A DNA stretch of 64,000 bases, from positions 162,229-226,228 of the forward strand of contig JBDTWD010000001.1 in assembly GCA_040006915.1 (NCBI GenBank), written 5' to 3'. This document shows, piece by piece, positions 30,079 to 40,863 of this stretch; position 1 is the first letter of the stretch; the number at the start of each line of letters is the position of its first letter. The stretch is from Candidatus Woesebacteria bacterium (lineage in GTDB: Bacteria; Patescibacteriota; Microgenomatia; UBA1400; UBA12028). The position numbers and the translations under genes were made by a program. Under the pieces are notes generated by a model. It worked only from the letters and a program-made list of their open reading frames with translations, had not been told where the DNA came from and did not search any database.

Positions 30079-30564
30079 TTAGATAGCTTTTGCCAATTCC
30101 TTAATAGATGAAGAGATCAAAGCCTTGTGAGTTTTTTCACTAACCTCTTCACCGATCACTTTAGAAGCAATCGCAATGGCCAATTTACTCACTTCTTTTT
30201 CCATCGCTTCCAGCTGTCCTTTTTTCTCACTCTCCCATTTAGCGGTTTCTTTCACTTTAAGTGTAGCAACTTCGTCCTTGGCTTCTTTGGAAAGTTTCGT
30301 TTTGAGCTCTTTGGCTTCGACTCGTGCTTCCTCTAACACTTTATCTGCGCTCTTCTCAGCAGCCAGCTTTTCCTTCTTCTTAAACACGTCAAGTTGCTCT
30401 CGTTCACGTAAGGTCTCTTCAGCAGCTTTCTCTGCTTCTTGAGTCTTTTGACTACGCTCATCCAACATTTTGGTGATGGGCTTGGTCAAAAAGTAGGTTA
30501 AAGCTCCAAAAACCACTCCAAAGTTAATGATCTGGAAGATGATTTGTGCAATATTGATTTCCAT
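30079..30564 (-). CDS. atpF: ATP synthase F0 b
   Basis: QIINF TM helix, KPITKMLDER and a charged coiled coil. Confidence 0.95.
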   Translation of the reverse strand: MEINIAQIIFQIINFGVVFGALTYFLTKPITKMLDERSQKTQEAEKAAEETLREREQLDVFKKKEKLAAEKSADKVLEEARVEAKELKTKLSKEAKDEVATLKVKETAKWESEKKGQLEAMEKEVSKLAIAIASKVIGEEVSEKTHKALISSSIKELAKAI

Positions 30565-30569
30565 AGATT

Positions 30570-31657
<1,088 letters not shown>

Positions 31658-31836
31658 AAATAAAATTTAATGTTTTACCTTCGTAGTATACAGTACACAT
31701 CAAGACGCGCAAGACATTGAACATACTAGCTTCCGGATGTTATACTACACAACAACCCTAAGACTTTCCCCTTCTTGTTGTTTCTTATTTGTAGTACTCT
31801 TAACTATAGAGTATCTCTTATATATGGAGGTTACCT

Positions 31837-32310
31837 ATGTCTTACACCGCACGCCTAACTGACAAAAAAGCTCAAGACTTTGCTTCCAAAGTGGGAGATC
31901 TCTTCACTTCTGTTCCTCATCTTCCCAAGAAATGGATTGACTTTTTAGTGAAGATTATGCCAGTTCTCGCTCTCATTGGAGGAGTTCTAGCGCTCTTTGG
32001 AGGGGTCGCAAGTCTTCTAAGTATGAATCCGTTTATGGTCGTAACGGCACTCTTGATGCTGGCGATGGCATATGTGTTACTTATGGCATATAAACCACTA
32101 CAGGATCGCAGATACGATGGATGGATGCTTGTATTCTGGAATCACGTTATTTCTGCTGTATTAACACTTTTTCAGATTCTTTCGAGCCGACAAGGAGTAT
32201 TTGGTCTCGTTTGGACAGCGATTGGCTTTTATCTGCTTTTTGAGCTGCGATCTCGTTATGGATTGAAAGGAATGCTTGAAGGTGCACGCACCAGAATAAA
32301 AGCGCTTTAG
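31837..32310 (+). CDS. CPR-type 4-TM membrane protein
   Basis: PHLPKKW...MP, four TM segments, GW and YLLFELR; SD GGAGG. Confidence 0.75.
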   Translation: MSYTARLTDKKAQDFASKVGDLFTSVPHLPKKWIDFLVKIMPVLALIGGVLALFGGVASLLSMNPFMVVTALLMLAMAYVLLMAYKPLQDRRYDGWMLVFWNHVISAVLTLFQILSSRQGVFGLVWTAIGFYLLFELRSRYGLKGMLEGARTRIKAL

Positions 32311-32376
32311 TTTTAAAAGAAAGAAACGATGTTAGAATCTGGATGGTTTTCTCCCACCCTACGGGAAATCTCTGCC

Positions 32377-32580
32377 ATGGAACAATTTGAAACCATTATT
32401 TTGGATGCCTCACTTACAGAAGAGAAGCGAGAGCGTCTGTTAGAAAATATGTGGATTAGATTGGAGCTAGCTCATGGCGGCAGAGTCTATAGTATGGTAT
32501 CTCCAGAAGGTTTGGTCATCGACAGTCCCCTCATATATGGAGATGAAAAGGACAAAAACCCTGGGCGCAAAAAAGAGTGA
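32377..32580 (+). CDS. Small orphan protein
   Basis: Likely start is ATG 32377 (MEQFE); the start is uncertain. Confidence 0.45.
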   Translation: MEQFETIILDASLTEEKRERLLENMWIRLELAHGGRVYSMVSPEGLVIDSPLIYGDEKDKNPGRKKE

Positions 32581-32694
32581 CCTTCTTCATTGGGCATTTC
32601 AAGTCTGACCATAGCATCAAAACCAGTAGAGCTCTATGTTTTTTTGCATTGCTGAGGATTCCTACCAGATGGTATACTATATTGTTCCGTTTTT

Positions 32695-32766
32695 GGGACC
32701 GTAGCTCAGTGGTAGAGCAGGAGCCTTTTAAGCTCTGTGTCGTGAGTTCGATCCTCACCGGTCTCA
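32695..32766 (+). tRNA. tRNA-Lys(TTT)
   Basis: Cloverleaf GGGACCG/CGGTCTC, anticodon loop CT-TTT-AA, T-loop TTCGATC; CCA not encoded. Confidence 0.96.
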
Positions 32767-32782
32767 CCTGTCGTGCCTAGGT

Positions 32783-32855
32783 GGCCCCATCGTCTAGAGG
32801 CCTAGGACACCTGGTTTTCATCCAGGCAACCCGAGTTCGAATCTCGGTGGGGTCA
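32783..32855 (+). tRNA. tRNA-Glu(TTC)
   Basis: Cloverleaf GGCCCCA/TGGGGTC, anticodon arm CCTGG-TT-TTC-AT-CCAGG, T-loop TTCGAAT. Confidence 0.96.
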
Positions 32856-32954
32856 CAATAAGACATTCTCTCTGGATGTCGCGCTTATTAGTATAATCAC
32901 TTCTTCGTTATTGAGTTACAATTCCATAACCTGAAATCATATTATTGGAGATTT

Positions 32955-33359
32955 ATGTCAAGCGAAAGATTCACACAGATACGAACCAACAATGAAAATG
33001 AAATTGATAAGAGATGTTTACTAGTCTTCACCTATATTACGGATTCTGGAAATGAGTATTTCTTAACAAGGTTTAGTATCACTAACTGGAGAGGGAGAAC
33101 GCACACTCACTATCTACTGTGTTCAAGTTTAGAAACAAAACTTGATAATTACACTTTTGTTTCCTTTAAACCCAAGAATTTGCAGATTGTAGAAGGGAAT
33201 AATCGTCCCTATATTGTAATTGATGGAAATGAACAGGTTCCTAAAGCTCTTGACCAAGTCTTCACTGAGACTATGAGCAAGGTGAATTTAACAGGCAGAA
33301 TGAAGATTCTAGCAATACAAGAGTTGCTGAAAGGAGACGACGATAACTTAAGGGATTAG
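32955..33359 (+). CDS. Orphan hypothetical protein
   Basis: 134-aa AT-rich ORF with GGAG upstream. Confidence 0.65.
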   Translation: MSSERFTQIRTNNENEIDKRCLLVFTYITDSGNEYFLTRFSITNWRGRTHTHYLLCSSLETKLDNYTFVSFKPKNLQIVEGNNRPYIVIDGNEQVPKALDQVFTETMSKVNLTGRMKILAIQELLKGDDDNLRD

Positions 33360-33476
33360 TATTTCTTATAAACACCTATACTCAGTAGCTAAAGCCGAGT
33401 CGATTGACCTCAGGTAGGAAAGTATTGAAAAGACTGACTAGATCAGAAATAATTAAGTTCGGTTGCGGAATGTCTA

Positions 33477-33490
33477 GGGTCACAAAAAGA
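33477..33490 (+). repeat. Degenerate direct repeat of the tRNA-Glu 3' end (possible att scar)
   Basis: GGGTCACAAAAAGA versus GGGTCACAATAAGA at 32850-32863 (13 of 14 identical). Confidence 0.35.
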
Positions 33491-33503
33491 GAATGGAGCG
33501 AAG

Positions 33504-34148
33504 CTAGCTACTTTGTTTGACTAACTCTTCAAAGACTGCAGACGTCTGTGCAGTAAAAAATTCTTTTACTTTTATCCAGGTCTCATCTACAATCTTGGCT
33601 CGTTCTGGTTTTGTCTCTGCATCATCAAAATATACTAAAGACTTAAGGAGATGCGGCACATTGCTTTCGTCTCGATTGTATTTTTTCTTGGTCAACGCAA
33701 TCACCCGTGCAAGTGTCCACTCTTTAAGCTGACAAATCGTATACAAATCAAAGAAGTCTCGTTTTAAACCTCTGCTCCCGATTGCTTCCAACTTCATACA
33801 CGCAAGATCTGCTAGAGAAGCAATTTGAATACTTTTAAAAAGAATCGTCGGCTCAAGTAAGGGATATTGATAGACAAACAAGCTCACCTCTGTATTTTTT
33901 GTTCCCCCGATAACTGTTTGCCACTCTGAAGATATGACTTTAAAATCGGGAATATCTTTTTCGAACCTTTGAAGGATAAGTTGTTCATTAAATTCCTGTG
34001 GACTATACAAGTCCAAGTCAAAAGAACTTCTATGGTTCAGATGCAGCGTCAATGCTGTTCCGCCTGCTAAGTAGGTATTCGGAGGTAATAATGGCCCTAG
34101 TAGGTCCATGAGCTCTTGAGTCCAGTCTGGGATTTTGTCTGTAAACAT
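33504..34148 (-). CDS. AbiEii/AbiGii-family nucleotidyltransferase toxin
   Basis: YLAGGTALTLHLNHRSSFDLD, ACMKLEAIGSRG and KRDFFDLY. Start reassigned to 34148. Confidence 0.9.
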   Translation of the reverse strand: MFTDKIPDWTQELMDLLGPLLPPNTYLAGGTALTLHLNHRSSFDLDLYSPQEFNEQLILQRFEKDIPDFKVISSEWQTVIGGTKNTEVSLFVYQYPLLEPTILFKSIQIASLADLACMKLEAIGSRGLKRDFFDLYTICQLKEWTLARVIALTKKKYNRDESNVPHLLKSLVYFDDAETKPERAKIVDETWIKVKEFFTAQTSAVFEELVKQSS

Positions 34149-34399
34149 ACAATTTCTGTAGTGGGAATATGTAAATAGCTTGCCCAAATCATAACATCTT
34201 TTTTTCTCAATGTTTTGGTCGTCTTCAAGACAGTTGACATCTCCTCTTTGGAATAGGTTTGGACTAACCATTGCCACGCTGGCAAAGTGGCATTCCTGAA
34301 TAAAGTGGAGATAATGTATGTTTTGTCTCGCTCAGCGAGTAAGTCTTGGACTGGAGATGAGGGAAATAAGAATTGAAAGTCTTGTGGAGGTGATGACAT
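34097..34399 (-). CDS. DUF6922-like partner (putative antitoxin)
   Basis: Pattern LF...D...DKTYII...WQWL..TYSKEE...IW; overlaps the toxin start. Confidence 0.7.
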   Translation of the reverse strand: MSSPPQDFQFLFPSSPVQDLLAERDKTYIISTLFRNATLPAWQWLVQTYSKEEMSTVLKTTKTLRKKDVMIWASYLHIPTTEIVCLQTKSQTGLKSSWTY

Positions 34400-34645
34400 G
34401 TCTCTATTTTACCAAAAAAATGACCAAAAAGCGAAAAGACCTAGTACCCAAATCAGCTAGAAAGACAAGTCCACTCCGAGATTAAATAGCACGTTTATAA
34501 ATATCACACCAAAATTGAAACAATACCTAAGGCCTACAAGCACTTTTAGTTTCACTTAGCTCAGCTTTTGAATTAGAACTGATAACTTCTCAATTTCAAT
34601 GAATAAGAGTTCCACCTGAGAACCAGTGATATAATTATAACTATT

Positions 34646-35473
34646 ATGTCAGTAGAAAGGCCTCAAGTCATTTACACCGCTCATCACGCATCTGACAAAA
34701 TGGGTCGGTTTACACCCAGATCAAATTTGACAGACTTTCAAAGAAGAAAATTTTCTGATTATGACAGTGGAGCCTCTGTTCCAGAGAATGGTATTTTAAC
34801 TTTACGAGGAAGACATAGTAGAGGCTTAATTGACCTCAATCGAGCTCCCGATAGCACAACTCTTTTTCCAGAAGTTGACTTTGAAACACCACAACCTCAT
34901 AAAGTGTGGAAGCATGGACTCGAACCCACACCTGTTGAAAGAGAATGGATAAAGAAGAAATTTTATGACAAATATCATGACCGTATTCTTCAAGGCGTAC
35001 GAAGATTTTCTAGAACTGGAGTGGTGGTTTCGTGGGATAGTTCATCTGGTGGTCATTTAGGTAAAAACGAGGCAGGTTTTGATGTCGATATGCCAGCAAT
35101 TATACTTTCCAATAAAGGCAGTGAAGGTAGTTGCGAGAATTTTAATCCTAATGAAATTACGAGTTGTGATCCGTTGTTCTTAGAAACCATAGTTATTGAA
35201 TTAGGCAAAGCCTTGAGAAAATATAATCTTCCGGATGAGGTGTACATGAACCTTGTATATAAGGGTGGTTACATGGGGGAACACTATAATACACGTCGAC
35301 ATGCCGCTGAATTAGATGTCCCTTACGAGATCCAATCATTTCAAATAGAGTACAGCACTGTCTTAACCCATGATCAAAAAACATTGGCACCCAAGTGGAC
35401 TCAGTTGAGCAAGTTAAAAAGTGCTTTTGAAGAAGCTATGGATAAAACCTATGCGAACTTTGTGAGATATTGA
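34646..35473 (+). CDS. N-formylglutamate amidohydrolase-like (Zn-exopeptidase fold)
   Basis: TAHH, FSDY, SRGLIDLNR, YDKYH, YKGGY and SFQIEY. The usual DxH motif reads DSS here. Confidence 0.75.
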   Translation: MSVERPQVIYTAHHASDKMGRFTPRSNLTDFQRRKFSDYDSGASVPENGILTLRGRHSRGLIDLNRAPDSTTLFPEVDFETPQPHKVWKHGLEPTPVEREWIKKKFYDKYHDRILQGVRRFSRTGVVVSWDSSSGGHLGKNEAGFDVDMPAIILSNKGSEGSCENFNPNEITSCDPLFLETIVIELGKALRKYNLPDEVYMNLVYKGGYMGEHYNTRRHAAELDVPYEIQSFQIEYSTVLTHDQKTLAPKWTQLSKLKSAFEEAMDKTYANFVRY

Positions 35474-35503
35474 TCAGCTCAATTGTGTATAATATACACA
35501 ATT

Positions 35504-36469
35504 ATGGAAAGTAAGCGTTCTTTTTGGAACATATTCACTCGAGGTAATAAGTCGGATCTACCAACACCTGTTTCCATACCTGATGCAGCGCCTTCATCTG
35601 CACCACAAATCTCCTGGAGAGAGCTGCATAACCAAGCTCTAATTGAAGCTGAATCACATCCTCAGTCCGATAAATGCGATGACACGAGTATGGCTCGTGC
35701 GAATAAAACTATCCGAATTTTGACTGAATTTAGAGCCGACCTTCCTTCCATTCCGAACGTCCTTATTGTCGGTCTTGGCTATTCAACGAATGACCTTCAA
35801 ATTAGTATAAATGTGCATAGAATAGCCGCTCATTTACAAGAACAACACTTGGATTACAAAATGACATTAGTCGACTATGATCCTAAAATCATCCAGGATG
35901 TTCAAGAAAGAAAATTCTTATATTGTATACAAAAGCTCTATACAGAGGATACAGAGGATGGAATAAACAATGCATGGCAAAAATACTTAGGCGATGCTGA
36001 TGTAAAGGAAGAAGTTGTTCATTCTCATCAGCCTCAACTTACGTTTGCTTCTTATTATTCTGACAACCAAGACGATTTCTATAGTACAGAGAGAATTTTT
36101 AAGAAAGGAATCAGGAAAGCACCCGTAAGTGAAATTTTTCTTCAAAAAATGGCAAAGAACGAAATTATTTTTATCTGCGACGACATCGCCACCGCGGATC
36201 TTGACCAATCAGAGCCACATGATTATGTGGAAATCATCAATTTACTGTATTTATTGCCTGCACCAAAGCAACAGCTTGCACTAAACAATATAATCTCTCA
36301 TCTAAAAGTGGGAGGACTCATTCTTCTTGATGACATCTCCTATTTTGGTATAAATCCGCTTTTTGCCGAGAAAAATGGTTGGTTCACATCCGCCATTGCA
36401 AAGGAGATGGGATTAGAGTTTATACGAGATATGAATCATGAAAGCAGACTATATAAAAAATTTATCTAA
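35504..36469 (+). CDS. SAM-dependent methyltransferase-like protein (CheR-like fold)
   Basis: VLIVGLG, TLVDYD, DDIA, DYVEIINLLY and HLKVGGLILL. Confidence 0.65.
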   Translation: MESKRSFWNIFTRGNKSDLPTPVSIPDAAPSSAPQISWRELHNQALIEAESHPQSDKCDDTSMARANKTIRILTEFRADLPSIPNVLIVGLGYSTNDLQISINVHRIAAHLQEQHLDYKMTLVDYDPKIIQDVQERKFLYCIQKLYTEDTEDGINNAWQKYLGDADVKEEVVHSHQPQLTFASYYSDNQDDFYSTERIFKKGIRKAPVSEIFLQKMAKNEIIFICDDIATADLDQSEPHDYVEIINLLYLLPAPKQQLALNNIISHLKVGGLILLDDISYFGINPLFAEKNGWFTSAIAKEMGLEFIRDMNHESRLYKKFI

Positions 36470-36490
36470 ATGTCATAAATAGCACTCAAT

Positions 36491-36859
36491 ATGGAAATAC
36501 TTTCTCCGATCATGTCGCAGAGTGAAGTTGACCATTACTTTAGATTTCATTTACCTCCGTCCGTAACTCTTAAGGAATTTGAAAGTGGCAAAAGCTGTCT
36601 GCGTGATGCTCGGTTACTTGTGATGGCTTTGGGTGGCCCTGATGTAGCACGGATTTTCTTTGTTCATCTCTTGGTCAATCAAAATGATCCTCAAGGAGAA
36701 TTTATAGAAGCCCATGCATACGTTGCCGGTATTCACGCAAATGAAGATGAGTTAGCGTATGGAAATGAAGGAAAAGAACATCGCAATGTTGGGTTTGTTC
36801 GCTCCAATGGGAGCGATATAACAGATATGATCTTCTCACTTCCGTGGAATCGACTGTAG
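36491..36859 (+). CDS. Small putative papain/transglutaminase-like Cys-His enzyme
   Basis: SCLRDARLL (Cys at a helix start) followed by AHAYV (His on a strand). Confidence 0.45.
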   Translation: MEILSPIMSQSEVDHYFRFHLPPSVTLKEFESGKSCLRDARLLVMALGGPDVARIFFVHLLVNQNDPQGEFIEAHAYVAGIHANEDELAYGNEGKEHRNVGFVRSNGSDITDMIFSLPWNRL

Positions 36860-36957
36860 ATAAATACATATGAGGCACGCCATGACTCCTATTATGAATA
36901 ACAGATATTTATATAGAAAATAAAGATTACATTGGAATATAATGGAGAATCTTTTAT

Positions 36958-37506
36958 TCAATCTTTTGACTCTCTCTCAAAGTCAACATAACAACTAATG
37001 CCTGGAAAATACCTTACTTGTGCGGTTTTCGTAAACCCTAATTCATTCGCTAGTCTGCCCTCCCAAGTGTTTACAGCAGCATTTTGTAACTCCCCTAGAG
37101 TATAAGTATCTTTTTGCGGAAGGTTTCTCTCAAACTCCGAATAATTATCATTAGGATTTCCTTCTTCCTCAGAGGTCCATGTCGCATGCCATTCTTTAAT
37201 GTCATTATTCATCTTGTCAAAAAGCGTCAGAGATAACTTCACAAGATCAGCTGCAAAAAGATCCGGATGACGCTTTTCTTTATCCCCTTCATACCCTTTG
37301 GTTGTAACTGTTATGTACAGATTTCCTAAGTCATCTGTGGCGCTAAATCTGAAGTTTGTATTTTCCTTATCCGTAATTTCAATGTGGCGTTTGGTAACTG
37401 AGAAAAGTAGCGCTCTTCCAGAGATTAATCCGTGTGTGAATTCCTGTTTTTTTTCACCGGCGGAGATATCAAAGATATGTGGGTCAACTCCTCGAATTTC
37501 GGGCAT
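36958..37506 (-). CDS. Toxin-like domain protein, paralog of 45511-46062
   Basis: Motif TW...DN..F...AAVNTWEGRLA..LGF. Confidence 0.65.
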   Translation of the reverse strand: MPEIRGVDPHIFDISAGEKKQEFTHGLISGRALLFSVTKRHIEITDKENTNFRFSATDDLGNLYITVTTKGYEGDKEKRHPDLFAADLVKLSLTLFDKMNNDIKEWHATWTSEEEGNPNDNYSEFERNLPQKDTYTLGELQNAAVNTWEGRLANELGFTKTAQVRYFPGISCYVDFERESKD

Positions 37507-37548
37507 ATTTTTATTCCTCTAGATATAGTACGTTATAATTATATAAAT

Positions 37549-38097
37549 ATGGAAGAGAAACCAAAACCAAGCGAACTTCTCCACGCTAGAGAAATACTTG
37601 AAAAGTATCGCAGGTTGGATATCACCACGATTCAGACGCTTTCAGATACACTACTGTATGTTCCCTCAGTTGGTCGACAGCTCGTCACTATTTTGCGAGA
37701 ATACGGCGAACCGTCCAATATTACCCTTCCATTTAATGCTCCATCAAAACCCACTCGCTTTGGCCCTTTATTCTCTCTTATCAAAGACATTGGAGAAGGC
37801 ACAGTCAGTCTTTCTGGACGGTATGAAGGTGTACACATGAAAAAGTGGGACAAAAAGAAAACTCGTGAACCAAAAAGATTAGAATCTTTTTCTCTCGGTG
37901 ATCTTGTTCCAAATATTGATATTGATATTCCAACACTGGCACCATTTGTTCTAAATGCAATCGTCAATCGAGGTTCTTTTGAACCCGTATATCCTGTGAA
38001 TTTTCCAGATGTTCCATCAGTTCAGCAGCACTATGCTTTTCTGTTGCAAGAAATTATTTCTGATCTTGTAGAGTCGCTTCCTGGAGATTTAAAATGA
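37549..38097 (+). CDS. Orphan hypothetical protein
   Basis: Start reassigned to ATG 37549 (MEEKPK), 9 nt after TATAAT. Confidence 0.65.
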   Translation: MEEKPKPSELLHAREILEKYRRLDITTIQTLSDTLLYVPSVGRQLVTILREYGEPSNITLPFNAPSKPTRFGPLFSLIKDIGEGTVSLSGRYEGVHMKKWDKKKTREPKRLESFSLGDLVPNIDIDIPTLAPFVLNAIVNRGSFEPVYPVNFPDVPSVQQHYAFLLQEIISDLVESLPGDLK

Positions 38098-40747
38098 TCC
38101 ATTGATCTGCTCGGTTGGCGCTAGCGCCAATCTCGACCTTTTGGAAGCTGTTTCTTTGTAATACTCGATCTATACGTTTACCTTGTTTCTCTAATGCTGA
38201 TTGGGAAACGACGGTGTTTACAAGTGACGTTCCATCCAACGACACATACAACGCATCGTTCACCTGTCGACGTAAGACGACTTTTCCCACAATTGTTTGA
38301 TGAGATTTGCTGGGATCAAATGTATATTCTTCTCGGAATAAAGCAACCGGATTATCCGTCAAAACAACAGGGAAATTTTGCTGCTGAAAAATAATACGTG
38401 TCCGTCTGTCAACTTGCGAATCAAGTAACTCTACAAATTCGTGATATTTTTGCTCTCGGCTCTTTCCAGCTTTTGCACCAAACATGGTTGGCCCCGGAAT
38501 AATGAGACCATTTTTGGCATCAGCGACATCTGCATGTCGAGATATCTGGGCTGGAAAGGTAAACAAGTTTCCTTGTCTCTGCATCTCATTGATATATACC
38601 TGTGGACCATACTTATGCTTTGATTTTGAATCCGATTCAATCGGTCTAGTAAAAACGCCTGCCCAAAAATATGGACCATAGAATTTAACGAGATAAGCCT
38701 GCAAATAGGCAAGAAATGCGAGCGCCAAGGCGTGTCCTTCCACAAAACTGTAACTCTTAAAATGCAAAAGCTGCTGCTCTAACAAGGCTGTAACGATTTG
38801 CGGATATGACTTTGTTTCAAGCGTCTTAGTGAGATCTTGTAAAATTGTTTGCTTCGTATCCCACTTCACATTTTCGCTCATCATCTTTAGCAGTACATTT
38901 CCTTCCTTTAAATCCAACCCTAATACAGAGACAGCAATCTCCAGTAATTGATCTTGAAAAATGGCCGTGTAACGCGTCTCTTCCACAATTGAACGAATCT
39001 CAGGATAATTTGCAAATGGATGTATTTGAAAGTGAGTTCCTAAATACATATCCCGCGCCAAAAAATCCAATCTTGCTAGTGCTAATGCTTGCGCAACAAT
39101 ACTGAGCGAGGCATGATCCCAAACCATACCCACATCACGTAAGACCTGTTGTAGGTGTGGAGTATCACAAAAGACGATCGCTGTAGTTTTACCTTGAAGA
39201 ATAGCTTCATAGACCTCAGAAAGATTTGGAGGAATCACTATTTCTATACCATGTCGTTTTAAAACTGCTTTCGTGTCTTTTATATTTGTCATTGCCAATG
39301 AACCCAAAAAATCGAGTTTGAATTGATGCAAGAACTTCTCAATCGCACTAGCGGTCCAGTGGCTGACAATCATTCCCCCGCCAGTTTTAAGCAGAGGCGA
39401 TTTGGCAAACATCCCAAAACCTGAAGCATGAGTTGAGATACTAGTGGGAATTTTTGCAGCTTCAAGTGCATCTAGCTCATCTTCTGTTAAGACATACTTT
39501 GCCTCTTTTGCAAGTTCAATGATGGAATTACGTCCTAAATGGTTTATCTTGCACAGGCGCACCGCTTCATCAGGGTATAGTCTGGCCACATGGCTCATTA
39601 CCTTTGCGACATCACTTTGAGAAAGCAGGAAGTCAGTATCGGGCAAACTCTCACCTCGCTCAGCATTGATGAAGCGCTCAAACAACAACGATTGAGGATC
39701 AATTTTGACCACTCCCAAAAGCCATAAGACCACACTATTGTTGGCACTTCCTGAAACCATAAACTCAATCCCTTTTTCATCACAAAACTGGGCGATTTCA
39801 TAACACATAAGAATGTAGTCAGAAAAGCCAAGAGTTTCTATAAGTGAACGCTCGTGTTCAACACGTTTGCGAAGTGAGTCACTCTCTATGCCTTCTGACT
39901 GGTGTTTACGCAGCGACTCGTGCACAAGTCTTGAAAGCACTGTGAATGACACTTCTTCCCCGGCAATTTTGGCTTTCGTTTCTGGCTTTTTTGGAAGAAT
40001 TACAGAACACATATTGGCGTGTTCTACAGTTTTTTGGATCGCATCAGGTTCATATGGATACAATGAGGCAACCTGCAATCCATTTTTTAATGTTTCATTT
40101 AAGTATGATGATTGTGTTGGGTTGATCTGCGAACGTCCATAAACTGCATGTAGGAATTCGCGAATATGAACATCCTTGGCAGACGCCATAGTTACTGGAT
40201 GCATAACTACCAATTTGTCTCTGTGCGCTCTGTGACGTTTTGTAAAATCTGCTACTTTAGTTCCTACTGTTGGATGATCAAGTGCAAAAAAATTCGTGTC
40301 ATCATCAGGGTTATCATCGACAATCTGCGCATAATCATGCCAGTACACAAATATTTCTTCTCCAGGCTTTCTGTTGGACAAAGTATCTGGAGTAACTAGC
40401 TGTCCGTGGACCATAATCGAAGATACAAGCTGGAATAGGAATTCCAAACCTTCTTTGTTTCTTGCTAATGCCGTCACTCGTTTTGGTTTTGTTTCGGTAT
40501 CAATATACACATCGAAGCTGGTTCCAGGAATAGTATGTAGATTTTGCTTCACTCCTTGGTCCATGAACTCTCCGAGATCAATGAAGCTTGGATTGGTAAG
40601 CGCAAGAGACTTGAGTTGCAGTTCTTTTGTACGTGTGACTAGCTGAGTAGGGGAAGAAGTAGCGTGGATGCCATGCAATATGGCTGCTTTACTAAAAGTA
40701 CTTAGAGGATTGTATTCAACTTGCGGGTTCTGCTCTCTGCCTTTCAT
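38054..40747 (-). CDS. Highly divergent DnaE2/ImuC-like family C DNA polymerase
   Basis: Degenerate PHP domain; GSANNS (DnaE2-type); FERFINAER..LPDTD; STHASG; FKLDFLG; IFQDQ; SFVEGHA; YGPQVYINEMQRQG; C-terminal OB-like segment. Confidence 0.8.
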   Translation of the reverse strand: MKGREQNPQVEYNPLSTFSKAAILHGIHATSSPTQLVTRTKELQLKSLALTNPSFIDLGEFMDQGVKQNLHTIPGTSFDVYIDTETKPKRVTALARNKEGLEFLFQLVSSIMVHGQLVTPDTLSNRKPGEEIFVYWHDYAQIVDDNPDDDTNFFALDHPTVGTKVADFTKRHRAHRDKLVVMHPVTMASAKDVHIREFLHAVYGRSQINPTQSSYLNETLKNGLQVASLYPYEPDAIQKTVEHANMCSVILPKKPETKAKIAGEEVSFTVLSRLVHESLRKHQSEGIESDSLRKRVEHERSLIETLGFSDYILMCYEIAQFCDEKGIEFMVSGSANNSVVLWLLGVVKIDPQSLLFERFINAERGESLPDTDFLLSQSDVAKVMSHVARLYPDEAVRLCKINHLGRNSIIELAKEAKYVLTEDELDALEAAKIPTSISTHASGFGMFAKSPLLKTGGGMIVSHWTASAIEKFLHQFKLDFLGSLAMTNIKDTKAVLKRHGIEIVIPPNLSEVYEAILQGKTTAIVFCDTPHLQQVLRDVGMVWDHASLSIVAQALALARLDFLARDMYLGTHFQIHPFANYPEIRSIVEETRYTAIFQDQLLEIAVSVLGLDLKEGNVLLKMMSENVKWDTKQTILQDLTKTLETKSYPQIVTALLEQQLLHFKSYSFVEGHALALAFLAYLQAYLVKFYGPYFWAGVFTRPIESDSKSKHKYGPQVYINEMQRQGNLFTFPAQISRHADVADAKNGLIIPGPTMFGAKAGKSREQKYHEFVELLDSQVDRRTRIIFQQQNFPVVLTDNPVALFREEYTFDPSKSHQTIVGKVVLRRQVNDALYVSLDGTSLVNTVVSQSALEKQGKRIDRVLQRNSFQKVEIGASANRADQWIILNLQEATLQDQK

Positions 40748-40863
40748 GAACGTACTGTACCATATTAGTATCGAAACACAGTCGTTTAAGATCGGTAAAA
40801 ATCATTCATAGGCCTGAATCCTTCTGGTATTTCTTCGTTGAATATGTGATACTGAATACATTC

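Noticed and set aside
40745-40800. LexA box before the DnaE2-like gene
   Set aside because: GAACgtactGTAC does not fit GAAC-N4-GTTC or CTGT-N8-ACAG.
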